A stretch of 64,000 bases of DNA from a candidate division WOR-3 bacterium UBA6260 (GTDB lineage Bacteria > Hydrothermota > 32-111). Shown here piece after piece: positions 7,126-16,395 of the stretch (positions within the stretch are counted from its first letter, which is position 1; every line of letters begins with the position of its first letter). The notes below the pieces were generated by a model that was not told the origin of the DNA, ran no database searches, and was given only the letters and a program-made list of their open reading frames with translations. The DNA lies in contig DJVI01000028.1 in NCBI GenBank assembly GCA_002441125.1, positions 35,377-99,376 on the forward strand, read 5' to 3'. The translations under genes and the position numbers were made by a program.

Positions 7126-8031
7126 ATGACAGGAGTAATTTTTCTTTCTATTTCGGTTCTACTATTTTCAACGATGGAGATAAGTTCTAAATTTATTTCT
7201 AAAGATTTCAACTTTTTACAGTTAACTTTTTTGAGATTTTTTTTTGGTATTTTCATATTCATATTTTTTATTCTCTTAAATAAAGATTTAAAGAAAGAGC
7301 TGGGAAATTTAAAAATAAAAAATTTTTTAAAAATATCCTCTTTGGGTTTTATAAATGTTTTTCTTTCAATGGTTCTCCTCCAGTATTCTGTTGAGAAAGG
7401 AAACGCTTCGGTTGCAGCTGTTCTTATAGGAAGCCATCCTATATTCGTATACATTTTAAATTTAATATTTTTAAAAGAGTTTGATAAAGTTAAACTTTTT
7501 AAAATATTAATTGGTATATTGGGGATATCTTTTCTTTTAATATTTTTTAAAAAACTCAACAGGATAGATTATCTATCATATTTTGCTGGGCTTTTATCAT
7601 CATTTTTCTTTGCACTTTTTACCTTCCTTTCAAAAAGATTTTTAAAGGATAACTCTCCGGTTATAACTAATTTCATATCTTTCTTCTCTGGAATTTTATT
7701 CCTATCCCCATTTTTCTTTTACCAAAAAAATTATCTTTTAAATTTGAACTCTTTTAACATCCCTTTTTTGTTATACCTCGGATTTTTCGTTACAGGATTT
7801 GGATACCTTTTATATTATGAAGGTTTCAAAAGGTTGAATGTTGTTGATGGTTCTATGCTATTCTTTTTAAAGCCATTTATAGCAACATTACTTTCAATCA
7901 TCCTTTTAAAAGAAAAATTGACCTCAAGTCAGATTTTTGGAATATTTTTGATAATCTTATCCTTAACAGATTTTAAAAAGGGAATTAAAATTGAAAGCTA
8001 TAACAGAATCAAAAAAGATAATCATAGTTGA
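7126..8031 (+). CDS. EamA/DMT-family (drug/metabolite transporter) permease
   Basis: About ten hydrophobic segments with the two-fold EamA-like architecture. The track start is TTG at 7099; I prefer the ATG at 7126 (MTGVIFLSISVLL). Confidence 0.65.
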   Translation: MTGVIFLSISVLLFSTMEISSKFISKDFNFLQLTFLRFFFGIFIFIFFILLNKDLKKELGNLKIKNFLKISSLGFINVFLSMVLLQYSVEKGNASVAAVLIGSHPIFVYILNLIFLKEFDKVKLFKILIGILGISFLLIFFKKLNRIDYLSYFAGLLSSFFFALFTFLSKRFLKDNSPVITNFISFFSGILFLSPFFFYQKNYLLNLNSFNIPFLLYLGFFVTGFGYLLYYEGFKRLNVVDGSMLFFLKPFIATLLSIILLKEKLTSSQIFGIFLIILSLTDFKKGIKIESYNRIKKDNHS

Positions 8032-8584
8032 AAAAAATTCTACATTTATAGGTAGAGGATTTTTCGTAAAAGATAAGAATGATGTTGAAAAGTTTATTTC
8101 ATCATTAAGAAATGAGGAGAAGGGATATACACATATAGTTTATGCTTACAGATTAACATCTAACGAATTCTATTATACTGATGACAGAGAGCCTAAAAAT
8201 TGTGCGGGTCTTCCTGTTTACAATGTTATCGAAAAGAATGAACTTTTCTTTTCACTAATCACTGTAATAAGATTTTTTGGCGGGATAAAACTCGGTGCAT
8301 CAGGCCTTGTTAGAGCATATTCAAAATGTGCTATAGAAACTTTAAAAAATTCTATTATAAAGGAACTTGAGAATTTTTATCTTTTAGAGATTTCAGCTGA
8401 CTACAACGAATACAACAAAATTTTACATCTGATAGAAAGGACAAAACATAAAATTTTATTTGAAGATTTCAAAGAAAAGGTTAAAGCAAAAATTTATGTT
8501 AACGATGAAACTTTATCAAAGATAGAAAAGATCTATCCAGACTCTTTTGAAATTTTGGATAAAGATATTCTTCTTCCCTACTGA
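7991..8584 (+). CDS. yigZ: YigZ/IMPACT-family protein (UPF0029)
   Basis: STFIGRGFFVKD...YTHIVYAYRL...DDREPKNCAGLPVYNVI...VIRFFGGIKLGASGLVRAY matches the IMPACT N-domain signature (xVxRYFGGxKLGxGGLxRAY). The TTG start overlaps the upstream transporter by 41 nt. Confidence 0.8.
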   Translation: MKAITESKKIIIVEKNSTFIGRGFFVKDKNDVEKFISSLRNEEKGYTHIVYAYRLTSNEFYYTDDREPKNCAGLPVYNVIEKNELFFSLITVIRFFGGIKLGASGLVRAYSKCAIETLKNSIIKELENFYLLEISADYNEYNKILHLIERTKHKILFEDFKEKVKAKIYVNDETLSKIEKIYPDSFEILDKDILLPY

Positions 8585-9615
8585 TTCATCTTTTTCAAAA
8601 GTGAAAGTATAGATCTCCTTGAAAATGGCTTTTTTAAAAGAGGTATTTTAAACTCTCTGATTATCCTTTTCACTTCAGCTGGTATAGAATAACCTGTTAT
8701 AAAAACGAATTTTATTTCTGGATAACTTTTTCTGACAAGATGGAAAACTTCTGATCCTGATTCGTTCTTAATCCTTATATCACAGAATATTATAGAAATC
8801 CTCTCTTTTCCTTTTTCTATGATTTCGATAGCATCCTTTATATTTTCAGATTGTATTGTTTCTATACCTTCCTCATTCAAAACATCTATTATAGACTCTC
8901 TAACCTCATCTTCATCATCTATAATAAGAACCTTTTCAGATGTTGCTGATGGAGGTAGTTTTAGCATTTTCGAATCATCAGTGTATGGAACAAGCTCAGG
9001 GTCATGTTCATGTAAAACAGCGAACCTTTTTAGTATATCGTTTATCTTGTTCAAACTATTCTTTATCCTCTCTATCAGTTTCTTCTCTTTGTCTGTTAAC
9101 TTGTTTCCCATTCTTTTTTCAAGCATCTCTGTAGATAGAAGTATTACTGAAAGTGGTTGGTTCAATTCGTGATGCATCGTTATGACCGATGCTTTTATTA
9201 TGTTCATCTTAGCAAGTTTTACACTATCCTTCATATCCTCTATCATCTTTAAAATTATTCTTATCCTTGAATCGAGTTGGTTTATATCTATAGGTTTGTA
9301 TATGTAATCAACAGCACCAGCTTCAAGACCTTCAGCAACAGTTGCTGTATCTGTTAGGTGTGAAAGGAAAATTACAGGGATCTCTTTTAACTGTTCATCT
9401 TCCTGTATATCCTTGCAGATATCTATTCCGTTGAATTCATTAAGATCTATATCCAAAATTATTATGTCAGGTAAAAACTCTTTGATCCTTTTTATGCATT
9501 TGTTTGGGTCATTATCTGCATAAACTACATAGCCTAAAGAACTGAGAGATTTGCTAACAAAGGTTGTAACAGTTATACTGTCATCGAGAAGATAAACCCT
9601 AATTTTATTTTTCAT
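8578..9615 (-). CDS. REC-HisKA-REC phosphotransfer protein: two receiver domains flanking a HisKA-like dimerisation/phospho-His domain, with no ATPase domain
   Basis: N-terminal receiver: VYLLDDS...IIILDIDLNEFNG...FLSHLT...VDYIYKP. H-box: ITMHHELNQPLSVI. C-terminal receiver: VLIIDDEDEV...IIFCDIRIKNESG...FVFITGYS...LLKKP. There is no HATPase_c between them. Confidence 0.7.
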   Translation of the reverse strand: MKNKIRVYLLDDSITVTTFVSKSLSSLGYVVYADNDPNKCIKRIKEFLPDIIILDIDLNEFNGIDICKDIQEDEQLKEIPVIFLSHLTDTATVAEGLEAGAVDYIYKPIDINQLDSRIRIILKMIEDMKDSVKLAKMNIIKASVITMHHELNQPLSVILLSTEMLEKRMGNKLTDKEKKLIERIKNSLNKINDILKRFAVLHEHDPELVPYTDDSKMLKLPPSATSEKVLIIDDEDEVRESIIDVLNEEGIETIQSENIKDAIEIIEKGKERISIIFCDIRIKNESGSEVFHLVRKSYPEIKFVFITGYSIPAEVKRIIREFKIPLLKKPFSRRSILSLLKKMNQ

Positions 9616-9965
9616 TTTCCCCCCCTTAATATGTTTATAACTTCATTCAGATTCCTCTTTATCTCCCCTTTTAAATAATTCTTTTCATTTTCGAAATCAA
9701 GGTTTAACTGAACAATTTCAACTTTTGAATTCATAACTTCATTAGCTCCTTTTATTGTATATTTTTTTTCATAAAGCAGTTCTTTGATTTTTTTTACAGT
9801 TTCTATATCCTTTTCAGTATACATCCTTCTTCCATTTACAGAATGTTTCAGAGGTTTTAACTTAGGGAAGACTGTCTCCCAATACCTCAAAACATAACTT
9901 CTAAGACCTGTCATCTGCGAAACTTCCTTTATTGAATAGTATCTTTTTTTATATTCTGTTTTCAT
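9612..9965 (-). CDS. MerR-family HTH transcriptional regulator
   Basis: YSIKEVSQMTGLRSYVLRYWETVF matches the MerR N-terminal HTH (helix-turn-helix, then RYWE). It is 117 aa and overlaps the upstream gene by 4 nt. Confidence 0.75.
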   Translation of the reverse strand: MKTEYKKRYYSIKEVSQMTGLRSYVLRYWETVFPKLKPLKHSVNGRRMYTEKDIETVKKIKELLYEKKYTIKGANEVMNSKVEIVQLNLDFENEKNYLKGEIKRNLNEVINILRGGK

Positions 9966-10569
9966 TTCCCTTAATCAATCTCTCAATGTTACTTTTATGT
10001 TTTAAAATTATAAAAGCAACAACAAGGATTATTAATAAAAAATCTATATTTGAAAATTTTTTAAAAGGAAAAGTAATATTTAAAAGTTTTCCCATAACGA
10101 AGTAAACTATTGGAAAGAAGAAAGCTGAAATAATAGTTCCAACAGCAACAATCCTTGTTGTTATAACAGAAATCAAAAAAAATATTGCACAAACTAAAAT
10201 TTCGAATGGAAAGAGAACGATAAAACTTCCAAAGGAAGTTGCAGCACCTTTCCCACCTTTGAATTGTAGGTATGGTGTAAACATATGACCTAAAACGGTT
10301 GATATCGCAACTATTGTTGATATTTCAAGATTTTTATCAAAATAGAAAACTGAAATCAAGGTTGGGATAAAACCTTTCATAAAATCAAGAACAAATACAG
10401 GTATACCATACTTCCATCCACCTATCCTGTAAACATTTGTGGCTCCAACATTACCACTACCAACCTTTCTGATGTCTGTCTTCAAAAAAAATTTCGAAAC
10501 GATAAAAGCAAAAGGAATACCTGAAAATAGATATGATAAAAGACAAAATATTATTATCTTAACTATCAT
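9949..10569 (-). CDS. plsY: Glycerol-3-phosphate acyltransferase PlsY
   Basis: SGNVGATNVYRIGGWKYGIPVFVLDFMKG matches the PlsY signature. Five TM segments, ~200 aa. Confidence 0.9.
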   Translation of the reverse strand: MIVKIIIFCLLSYLFSGIPFAFIVSKFFLKTDIRKVGSGNVGATNVYRIGGWKYGIPVFVLDFMKGFIPTLISVFYFDKNLEISTIVAISTVLGHMFTPYLQFKGGKGAATSFGSFIVLFPFEILVCAIFFLISVITTRIVAVGTIISAFFFPIVYFVMGKLLNITFPFKKFSNIDFLLIILVVAFIILKHKSNIERLIKGNENRI

Positions 10570-11872
10570 TTTTACCCCTTAATTCAACATCGAAAGGAAT
10601 CTCGGACAAGTTCAATACCTCTCTTATTTTATTAATTATATATCTTCTATAATTTCTGTCAATATTCTCTGGGTCATTAACTCTCAAAATAAATATTATC
10701 GGGTCTTGAGATTTTTGTGTCAAACTATAGAATCTTGGCCTTTTTCCACTCTTTAAAAGAGGATGTTTAAAGTTTGGTATTATTCTTTCAAAAAGGATCG
10801 TGTTGAGTAAACTATTTTTAAATTTTGCCGGTAATTTACTTTTTAGTTCATAAGATTTTTCAAGTATTTTATATATATGTTTTTTTTCTTTTGCAGATAT
10901 GAAGAGTTTTGGCAAAAAATCGCCAAATTCAAGGTTATCAAGTACCTCTTTATAAAACTTTGTTTTCTCAATTTCAGTTACAAGATCGGTTTTGTTAAAA
11001 ACTATTATTGTTGGTTTTAAAAGAGATAAAGATTCTCCAAGAATTTTTTTATCCTGATGTGTAACTTTCTCCATTATATCCATAACAACTACAACAACAT
11101 CAGACCTTTCCATAGCGAGTTTGCTTCTCAAAATTGTATAGTATTCTGTTGGTTCTTTAATCTTAGATGCCCTTCTAATTCCAGCTGTATCTATAAGAAT
11201 GAAAGGTTTATTTTCATACTCAAGGTAAGAATCTACAGAATCTCTCGTTGTCCCGGGTATGGGAGAGACTATCATTCTGTTTTCATTAAGAAGAGAGTTG
11301 ACTATCGTAGATTTGCCAGTATTAGGTTTACCAACTATCGAAATCTTAAGCCCCTCTTTAAAAAACTCATCTTTTCCCTTGTCCTTATACCTTTCAACCA
11401 TCATCTCTTTTAATGTTGAAAGGTTTAATTTATGCTCAGCTGAAATTTGTATAAATGTATCAAAACCGAGTTTAAAAATATCAGGATCAGGTAAATTATC
11501 ATATTCATCACATTTGTTAACAACCAAAATTACATCCTTTTTCCTTTTCCTTAATTTCTCTGCTATATAATAATCATCAGCGTTAACACCGTTTCTGTTG
11601 TCTATAACAAAAAGTATTATATCTGACTGGTTTATCGCTATATCAACCTGCTGTTCTACAAGGTCACTGAAAGTTACATTTTTTGGATTTTCCTCTATTC
11701 CTCCTGTATCTATAATAACAAAATTTTTATTATCTATAGATATTCTTTCATAATGCCTGTCCCTTGTAAGGTTTGGTGTTGAATGAACAACAGCTTTTCT
11801 TTTCCCTAAAAGGGAGTTGAAAAGTGTTGATTTACCAACATTTGGTTTTCCTATTATAGATACAACATTCAT
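10559..11872 (-). CDS. der: Ribosome-associated GTPase Der/EngA
   Basis: Two tandem G domains (GKPNVGKSTLFN...DTGG...NKCD and GKPNTGKSTIVN...DTAG...NKTD) plus a C-terminal KH-like domain. Confidence 0.92.
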   Translation of the reverse strand: MNVVSIIGKPNVGKSTLFNSLLGKRKAVVHSTPNLTRDRHYERISIDNKNFVIIDTGGIEENPKNVTFSDLVEQQVDIAINQSDIILFVIDNRNGVNADDYYIAEKLRKRKKDVILVVNKCDEYDNLPDPDIFKLGFDTFIQISAEHKLNLSTLKEMMVERYKDKGKDEFFKEGLKISIVGKPNTGKSTIVNSLLNENRMIVSPIPGTTRDSVDSYLEYENKPFILIDTAGIRRASKIKEPTEYYTILRSKLAMERSDVVVVVMDIMEKVTHQDKKILGESLSLLKPTIIVFNKTDLVTEIEKTKFYKEVLDNLEFGDFLPKLFISAKEKKHIYKILEKSYELKSKLPAKFKNSLLNTILFERIIPNFKHPLLKSGKRPRFYSLTQKSQDPIIFILRVNDPENIDRNYRRYIINKIREVLNLSEIPFDVELRGKNDS

Positions 11873-13089
11873 AAAAGATACCTTTTAATATCAATATTTT
11901 TTTCCAAAACTATAAGTTTTTTCCCACTCCTTTTAATAATATCTTTTTTTGTGAAATTATCAAGTGTTAAACCATCAATGTTAAAAACACTTTTATAGAT
12001 AAGGTAATTCTTATAATCTGTTTCTCTCATAATTTTTATAATATCGGAAGCTGTTAAAAGTCCTGTTACCGTAACCATATCTCCAAAAAATGTGTTAACT
12101 GATGGCAGAATACCTTCAGATTTAAAATAAAAATTTTTTATCAAAAAATCTCCAAAACTTTTTCCTGTAATGATGGCATAACCTTTTTTAAGTTTTTTAT
12201 CTTTGAATTTTACAGTTTCTTCAATAAAGTTTCTGACCATACCTATCCCATTTTCATACTGTGGGAAAGAATGATAATAACTTTTTGGAGGGATTTTCAT
12301 CTGAGCTTTCAGAAAAAATTCATCGGCTATATAAACTTTTTTGTATCCAATTTTTTCTTTTAAATTCTCTACAATATCGATAAGATTTTTTGCGTAATCT
12401 TTATCAATTGGAGTGAATTTAGTTAAATCTTTTCTATACTTTGTTAAACCTAAAGGGACTATCCCCAAAGACAAGAATCTTTTCTCTTGTGCGTACTTTA
12501 TCGTTTCTTCAAGGTATTTACCATCATTTATATTCCTCATAAGAACAACCTGACCATGTATCCTTATTCCTCCATTTAACAACTTTTCAATTTTTTCGAT
12601 TCCATTTTCTATTCCAAAAATTCTTCTCCTTAAACTATTATCGACAGAATGAACTGAAATGTAAAGTGGTGATATTTTATGCTCAATTATATTTAGAAGT
12701 AACTTGTTATTCAAATTGGATAGTGTTATAAAATTACCATACTCAAAAGATTCCCTATAATCGTCATCTTTAAAATATAAACTTTTTCTTAGTCCTTCCG
12801 GGTTCTGATCAACAAAACAGAAAATGCATCTATTGTTACATCTTCTTCTTTCAAACTCATCAAACTGAACTTTTATTTTACCATAATCTTTTTTCAAGAC
12901 CTCAAATTCTGTCAAACCACCAGTTTTCTTTTTTATAATGAAACGCATCCTTTCAAAAGATGTTTCGTAAAGAACACCAAGAAAATCGAAAATCTCTCTC
13001 CCATTAATTGAAACTATTCTATCACCTTCAGATACTGAGTACTTTTTAAATATAGAACCTTTTTCTATCTTTGAAATTTTTACTGACAT
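11869..13089 (-). CDS. PDZ-domain radical-SAM protein (DUF512 family)
   Basis: N-terminal PDZ-like segment (KGSIFKKYSVSEGDRIVSINGREI), then CNNRCIFC (CxxxCxxC). Sits in the conserved DUF512-der-plsY arrangement. Confidence 0.7.
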   Translation of the reverse strand: MSVKISKIEKGSIFKKYSVSEGDRIVSINGREIFDFLGVLYETSFERMRFIIKKKTGGLTEFEVLKKDYGKIKVQFDEFERRRCNNRCIFCFVDQNPEGLRKSLYFKDDDYRESFEYGNFITLSNLNNKLLLNIIEHKISPLYISVHSVDNSLRRRIFGIENGIEKIEKLLNGGIRIHGQVVLMRNINDGKYLEETIKYAQEKRFLSLGIVPLGLTKYRKDLTKFTPIDKDYAKNLIDIVENLKEKIGYKKVYIADEFFLKAQMKIPPKSYYHSFPQYENGIGMVRNFIEETVKFKDKKLKKGYAIITGKSFGDFLIKNFYFKSEGILPSVNTFFGDMVTVTGLLTASDIIKIMRETDYKNYLIYKSVFNIDGLTLDNFTKKDIIKRSGKKLIVLEKNIDIKRYLL

Positions 13090-13676
13090 TATTTTAAAAA
13101 GAGATTGTTTAATCTATAAAAAAATTTTATCAACTCATACCCTGAGATTGTGTTATAAGGATTGAAATATCCATCAGCGACATCCATAATCCCCAAAAAT
13201 ACTACATTTGAAATAGGTTTGTATGCGAAAAATTTCTCATCAACATCCTTAATATCTACAACATTCATTTTAAAATTAGAAAGGAAACCGTTGCTCAAAA
13301 TAAAGTTATAAAAAAATACTGCAAGTTGGTATCTTAAAACAGGAGTATCAGGTTTAAATGTACTATCTGGAAGTGGTGTGAAAATTCCCCTTTTTACCTG
13401 TGCATACAGAATCTCACTTTTGGGAAACATTTTTATATCGAATGGTATTTCATTTTTATAAACAAAAATCTCTTCTGGGAAATATATTCCAAAAAGGTAA
13501 GCTACATCACTTTTAGTAACAACATCCTTTTTTTCTAAACCTTTCAAAAATTGATACTCTTTATCAGCTTTACTAATAAATAATGAAAGGTATCTGTCAT
13601 TTTTTGGGAAACAACCGGAAAGTATAATTAAAAAAATTAAAATGATAAAAGGATAAAATTTTTTCTTTAAATACAT
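13089..13676 (-). CDS. Lipoprotein of unknown function
   Basis: The start at MYLKKKFYPFIILIFLIILSGC gives a signal peptide plus lipobox Cys. The longer ORF in the track (to 13889) would read through the tRNA genes, so I rejected it. Confidence 0.5.
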   Translation of the reverse strand: MYLKKKFYPFIILIFLIILSGCFPKNDRYLSLFISKADKEYQFLKGLEKKDVVTKSDVAYLFGIYFPEEIFVYKNEIPFDIKMFPKSEILYAQVKRGIFTPLPDSTFKPDTPVLRYQLAVFFYNFILSNGFLSNFKMNVVDIKDVDEKFFAYKPISNVVFLGIMDVADGYFNPYNTISGYELIKFFYRLNNLFLK

Positions 13677-13685
13677 ATTTATAAG

Positions 13686-13771
13686 TGCCGGAGGCCGGAC
13701 TCGAACCGGCACGGGATTGAAGTCCCAGCGGATTTTAAGTCCGCTATGTCTACCAATTCCATCACTCCGGC
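13686..13771 (-). tRNA. tRNA-Leu (anticodon TAA), with a long variable arm
   Basis: Reverse complement: GCCGGAG-TG-ATGGAATTGGTAGACAT-A-GCGGA-CTTAAAA-TCCGC-TGGGACTTCAATCCCGTG-CCGGTTCGAGTCCGG-CCTCCGGC-A. A 7-bp acceptor stem, an anticodon loop with TAA, and a long extra arm. Confidence 0.85.
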
Positions 13772-13774
13772 ATA

Positions 13775-13846
13775 AGGCGGCATCCGGATTTGAACCGGAG
13801 AATAACGGTTTTGCAGACCGTCGCCTTACCGCTTGGCTATACCGCC
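13775..13846 (-). tRNA. tRNA-Cys (anticodon GCA)
   Basis: Reverse complement: GGCGGTATAGCCAAGCGGTAAGGCGACGGTCTGCAAAACCGTTATTCTCCGGTTCAAATCCGGATGCCGCCT. Anticodon loop CTGCAAA, discriminator U. Confidence 0.85.
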
Positions 13847-13859
13847 AAGAAAAAAATGG

Positions 13860-13932
13860 AGCGGGAAACGGGACTTGAACCCGCGACACTCACCTTGGCA
13901 AGGTGACGCTCTACCAACTGAGCTATTCCCGC
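13860..13932 (-). tRNA. tRNA-Gly (anticodon GCC)
   Basis: Reverse complement: GCGGGAATAGCTCAGTTGGTAGAGCGTCACCTTGCCAAGGTGAGTGTCGCGGGTTCAAGTCCCGTTTCCCGCT. Anticodon loop TTGCCAA. Confidence 0.88.
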
Positions 13933-13978
13933 TCTTTGAAAAGATTTTATATCAAATTTATAAAAAATGTCAATACTT

Positions 13979-15187
13979 TTATATAGTTTTAAAAACTTTT
14001 TCAATCTTTGCAAAAGCCCAATCAATATCTTTTTTAGTTATAACAAGTGGTGGAGCGAACCTTATAATGTTTTCATGTGTCTCTTTGCAAAGGAGCCCCT
14101 CTTTCATCAAAGCTTCACAAAATCTCCTTGCACCACCTGCGTTTTCATTCAATTCAACACCGATAAGAAGTCCTTTTCCTCTCACTTCCTTTATGTAATC
14201 AGATTTTATTGATTTCAAAAGTTTCATAAAATAGTTACCCATCTTCAAAGCGTTCTTATCGAGTTTCTCTTTTACAAGTATATCGAGAGAAGCAACAGCG
14301 ATAGCACTTGCCAAGGGGTTTCCACCAAATGTTGAACCATGATCACCAGGTTTGAATACATCCATAACCTCTTTCTTTGCAAGGAATGCACTAACAGGAT
14401 AGTATCCTCCGGAGAGAGCTTTTCCGAGTATAAGTCCATCAGGTTTCACTCCATCTTCCCAATGGTGTGCAAAAAGTTTTCCGGTTCTGCAAAGACCAGT
14501 TTGTATCTCATCTAAAACGAAAAGAATGTTATTCTTTCTACATATTTCCTGTGCCCTTTTCAAAAATCCATCAGGTGGTATTATGATTCCACCCTCTCCC
14601 TGTATAGGTTCTGTTAAAAAAGCAACAGTGTTTGGTGTTATAGCTTTTTCAAGGGCATCCGTATCTCCAAAAGGTATCTCAACGAAACCTTGTGTTAAAG
14701 GACCAAATCCATCTTTGTATTGGAATTCAGAAGAGAAGGAGATTATTGTAATAGTTCTACCATGGAAGTTGTTTTTTGATACTATTATCTCAGCTTTATC
14801 CTTTTCAACACCTTTAACAGTGTAACCCCATTTTCTTATCGCTTTTAACGCTGTTTCAACAGCTTCAGCACCAGAGTTCATCGGCAACATTTTATCCATC
14901 TTCGCAAGTTTGCAAAGTTTTTCATAAAACAACGGGAGCTGATCGTTATGGAAGGCTCTGCTTGTCAATGTTAGTTTTTTCATCTGTTTTATTGCTGCTG
15001 ATGCGATTTTTGGATTACAATGCCCCTGATTCACAGCAGAATATGAGCTCAAAAAATCCAAATACTTCTTCCCTTCAGTATCCCATACCCATATACCTTT
15101 TCCTTTTGTTAAACAAACATCGAGTGGATGATAATTGTTTGCTCCATACTTTTTTTCGATTTCAAAAAGTTTATTTGATTTTTTCAT
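13979..15187 (-). CDS. rocD: Ornithine aminotransferase (class-III PLP aminotransferase)
   Basis: EKKYGANNYHPLDVCLTKGKGIWVWDTEGKKYLDFLSSYSAVNQGHCNPKI...KLTLTSRAFHND is almost colinear with the eukaryotic and bacterial OAT N-termini. Confidence 0.85.
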   Translation of the reverse strand: MKKSNKLFEIEKKYGANNYHPLDVCLTKGKGIWVWDTEGKKYLDFLSSYSAVNQGHCNPKIASAAIKQMKKLTLTSRAFHNDQLPLFYEKLCKLAKMDKMLPMNSGAEAVETALKAIRKWGYTVKGVEKDKAEIIVSKNNFHGRTITIISFSSEFQYKDGFGPLTQGFVEIPFGDTDALEKAITPNTVAFLTEPIQGEGGIIIPPDGFLKRAQEICRKNNILFVLDEIQTGLCRTGKLFAHHWEDGVKPDGLILGKALSGGYYPVSAFLAKKEVMDVFKPGDHGSTFGGNPLASAIAVASLDILVKEKLDKNALKMGNYFMKLLKSIKSDYIKEVRGKGLLIGVELNENAGGARRFCEALMKEGLLCKETHENIIRFAPPLVITKKDIDWAFAKIEKVFKTI

Positions 15188-15254
15188 AAAAACTCCTTTT
15201 TTTGAATTTATAAAATATCATATTAAAAATTAAAGTCAAGAGTTTAAAAACTTG

Positions 15255-15282
15255 TTGATTATTTTTTAAATGTTGTTAAAAT
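15255..15282 (+). promoter_or_regulatory. Candidate extended -10 promoter (TTGATT-16 nt-TGtTAAAAT) ending 10 nt before the ATG, so possibly leaderless
   Basis: TTGATT at 15255-15260 and TGTTAAAAT at 15274-15282. The ATG is at 15292 with no RBS. Confidence 0.3.
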
Positions 15283-15291
15283 TCTTAAATT

Positions 15292-16395
15292 ATGAAAAGT
15301 ATTGCGATATTCTCAACTGTACATAAAGTTTACGATGTAAGGATATTCCATAAAGAGATAAAAGCACTAAAAGAATCATACAAAATTTTTTATTTTAACC
15401 CATATATAGAAGAAGAGAAAAAGGAGGATGAAAATCTTTACCTGAAAAAATTAAAAAGAAGAAAAAACAGATTTTTAAGGATCATTTTCTCACCTTTTGA
15501 TACCTTCTTTCAACTTGTAAAAACAGATTATTCTCTTTACCATTTCCATGACCCTGAACTTTTAATTACCGGTATCCTTCTTAAAATTTTTGGGAAAAAA
15601 GTAGTTTTCGATTCACATGAGAACAATTTTGGTTTGATAATTGAAAAAACATATTTAAAACCATATTTCCTAAAATTTTTTATAGCGAAATCTGTAAGAT
15701 TTTTTGAACTTGCAACATCCCATTTTTTCGATGGAGTTATTGTAGCAAGACCTGACCTTGAAAAACTTTATAGAAACAAAAATATCCTTGTATTCAGAAA
15801 TTTCCCCGATATAGATTTCAAAATAGAAAATGGTGTAAAAAAAGTTAACGAAAAACCTATAATAGTCTATTCAGGCGGATTGACCTATATAAGGGGTATA
15901 ACACAACTCGTTGATGCTGTTGGACTTTTGGATGGTAAAGTTGAACTCCATCTTTTAGGTGAATGGCAGGATAAAGGATTGAAAGAGGATTGTGAAAAAA
16001 GGAAAGGGTTTAGATATACGAAGTATTTAGGGAACTTCCCTTATGGAGAACATTTCAAATACATCAAAAATGGTGATATTGGAATAGTTCCATTTTTGCC
16101 AGCACAAAACCATCTTACAACACTGCCAAACAAACCTTTCGAATATTTTCTGTGCAAAATCCCAGTTCTTATGTCAGATTTCCATTACTGGAGATACACT
16201 TTCAAAGATATAGCATTATTTTTTGATCCATTATCACCAGATGATATTAAGGAAAAAATATTGTATTTAATTGAAAACAAAGAGATTTCAAAAAAACTTG
16301 TTGAAAACGCTTATGAAAAACTTCTCAATGAATTCAACTGGAACAAAGAGAAGAAAAAACTTGAAGATTTTTATCAAAAACTGCTCAAAAGCTGA
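15292..16395 (+). CDS. Glycosyltransferase, group 1 (GT4-like)
   Basis: C-terminal half: PNKPFEYFLCKIPVLMSDF...FFDP, with the EX7E-like region typical of GT4 retaining enzymes. 367 aa. Confidence 0.55.
   Translation: MKSIAIFSTVHKVYDVRIFHKEIKALKESYKIFYFNPYIEEEKKEDENLYLKKLKRRKNRFLRIIFSPFDTFFQLVKTDYSLYHFHDPELLITGILLKIFGKKVVFDSHENNFGLIIEKTYLKPYFLKFFIAKSVRFFELATSHFFDGVIVARPDLEKLYRNKNILVFRNFPDIDFKIENGVKKVNEKPIIVYSGGLTYIRGITQLVDAVGLLDGKVELHLLGEWQDKGLKEDCEKRKGFRYTKYLGNFPYGEHFKYIKNGDIGIVPFLPAQNHLTTLPNKPFEYFLCKIPVLMSDFHYWRYTFKDIALFFDPLSPDDIKEKILYLIENKEISKKLVENAYEKLLNEFNWNKEKKKLEDFYQKLLKS

Noticed and set aside
7083-7559. Minus-strand 158-aa ORF antisense to the EamA transporter gene.
   Set aside because: It lies entirely within the transporter CDS. 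Its translation is Lys/Ile-rich and low in complexity, with no RBS. It is a shadow ORF.
13089-13676. SLH-like (S-layer homology) repeats in the lipoprotein (e.g. DVDEKFFAYKPISNVVFLGIMDVADGYFNPYNTISGYELIKFFYRL).
   Set aside because: The resemblance to the SLH consensus is loose and rests on a few spaced residues. A profile search is needed, so I did not annotate it.
13676-14212. The track's extended ORF 13089-13889 (N-terminal 71 aa) and small ORFs 13833-14198, 13837-14025 and 13967-14212.
   Set aside because: The region 13686-13932 encodes three tRNAs with canonical cloverleaf sequences. A protein reading through them is implausible. The lipoprotein starts at the Met at 13676 that introduces its signal peptide.
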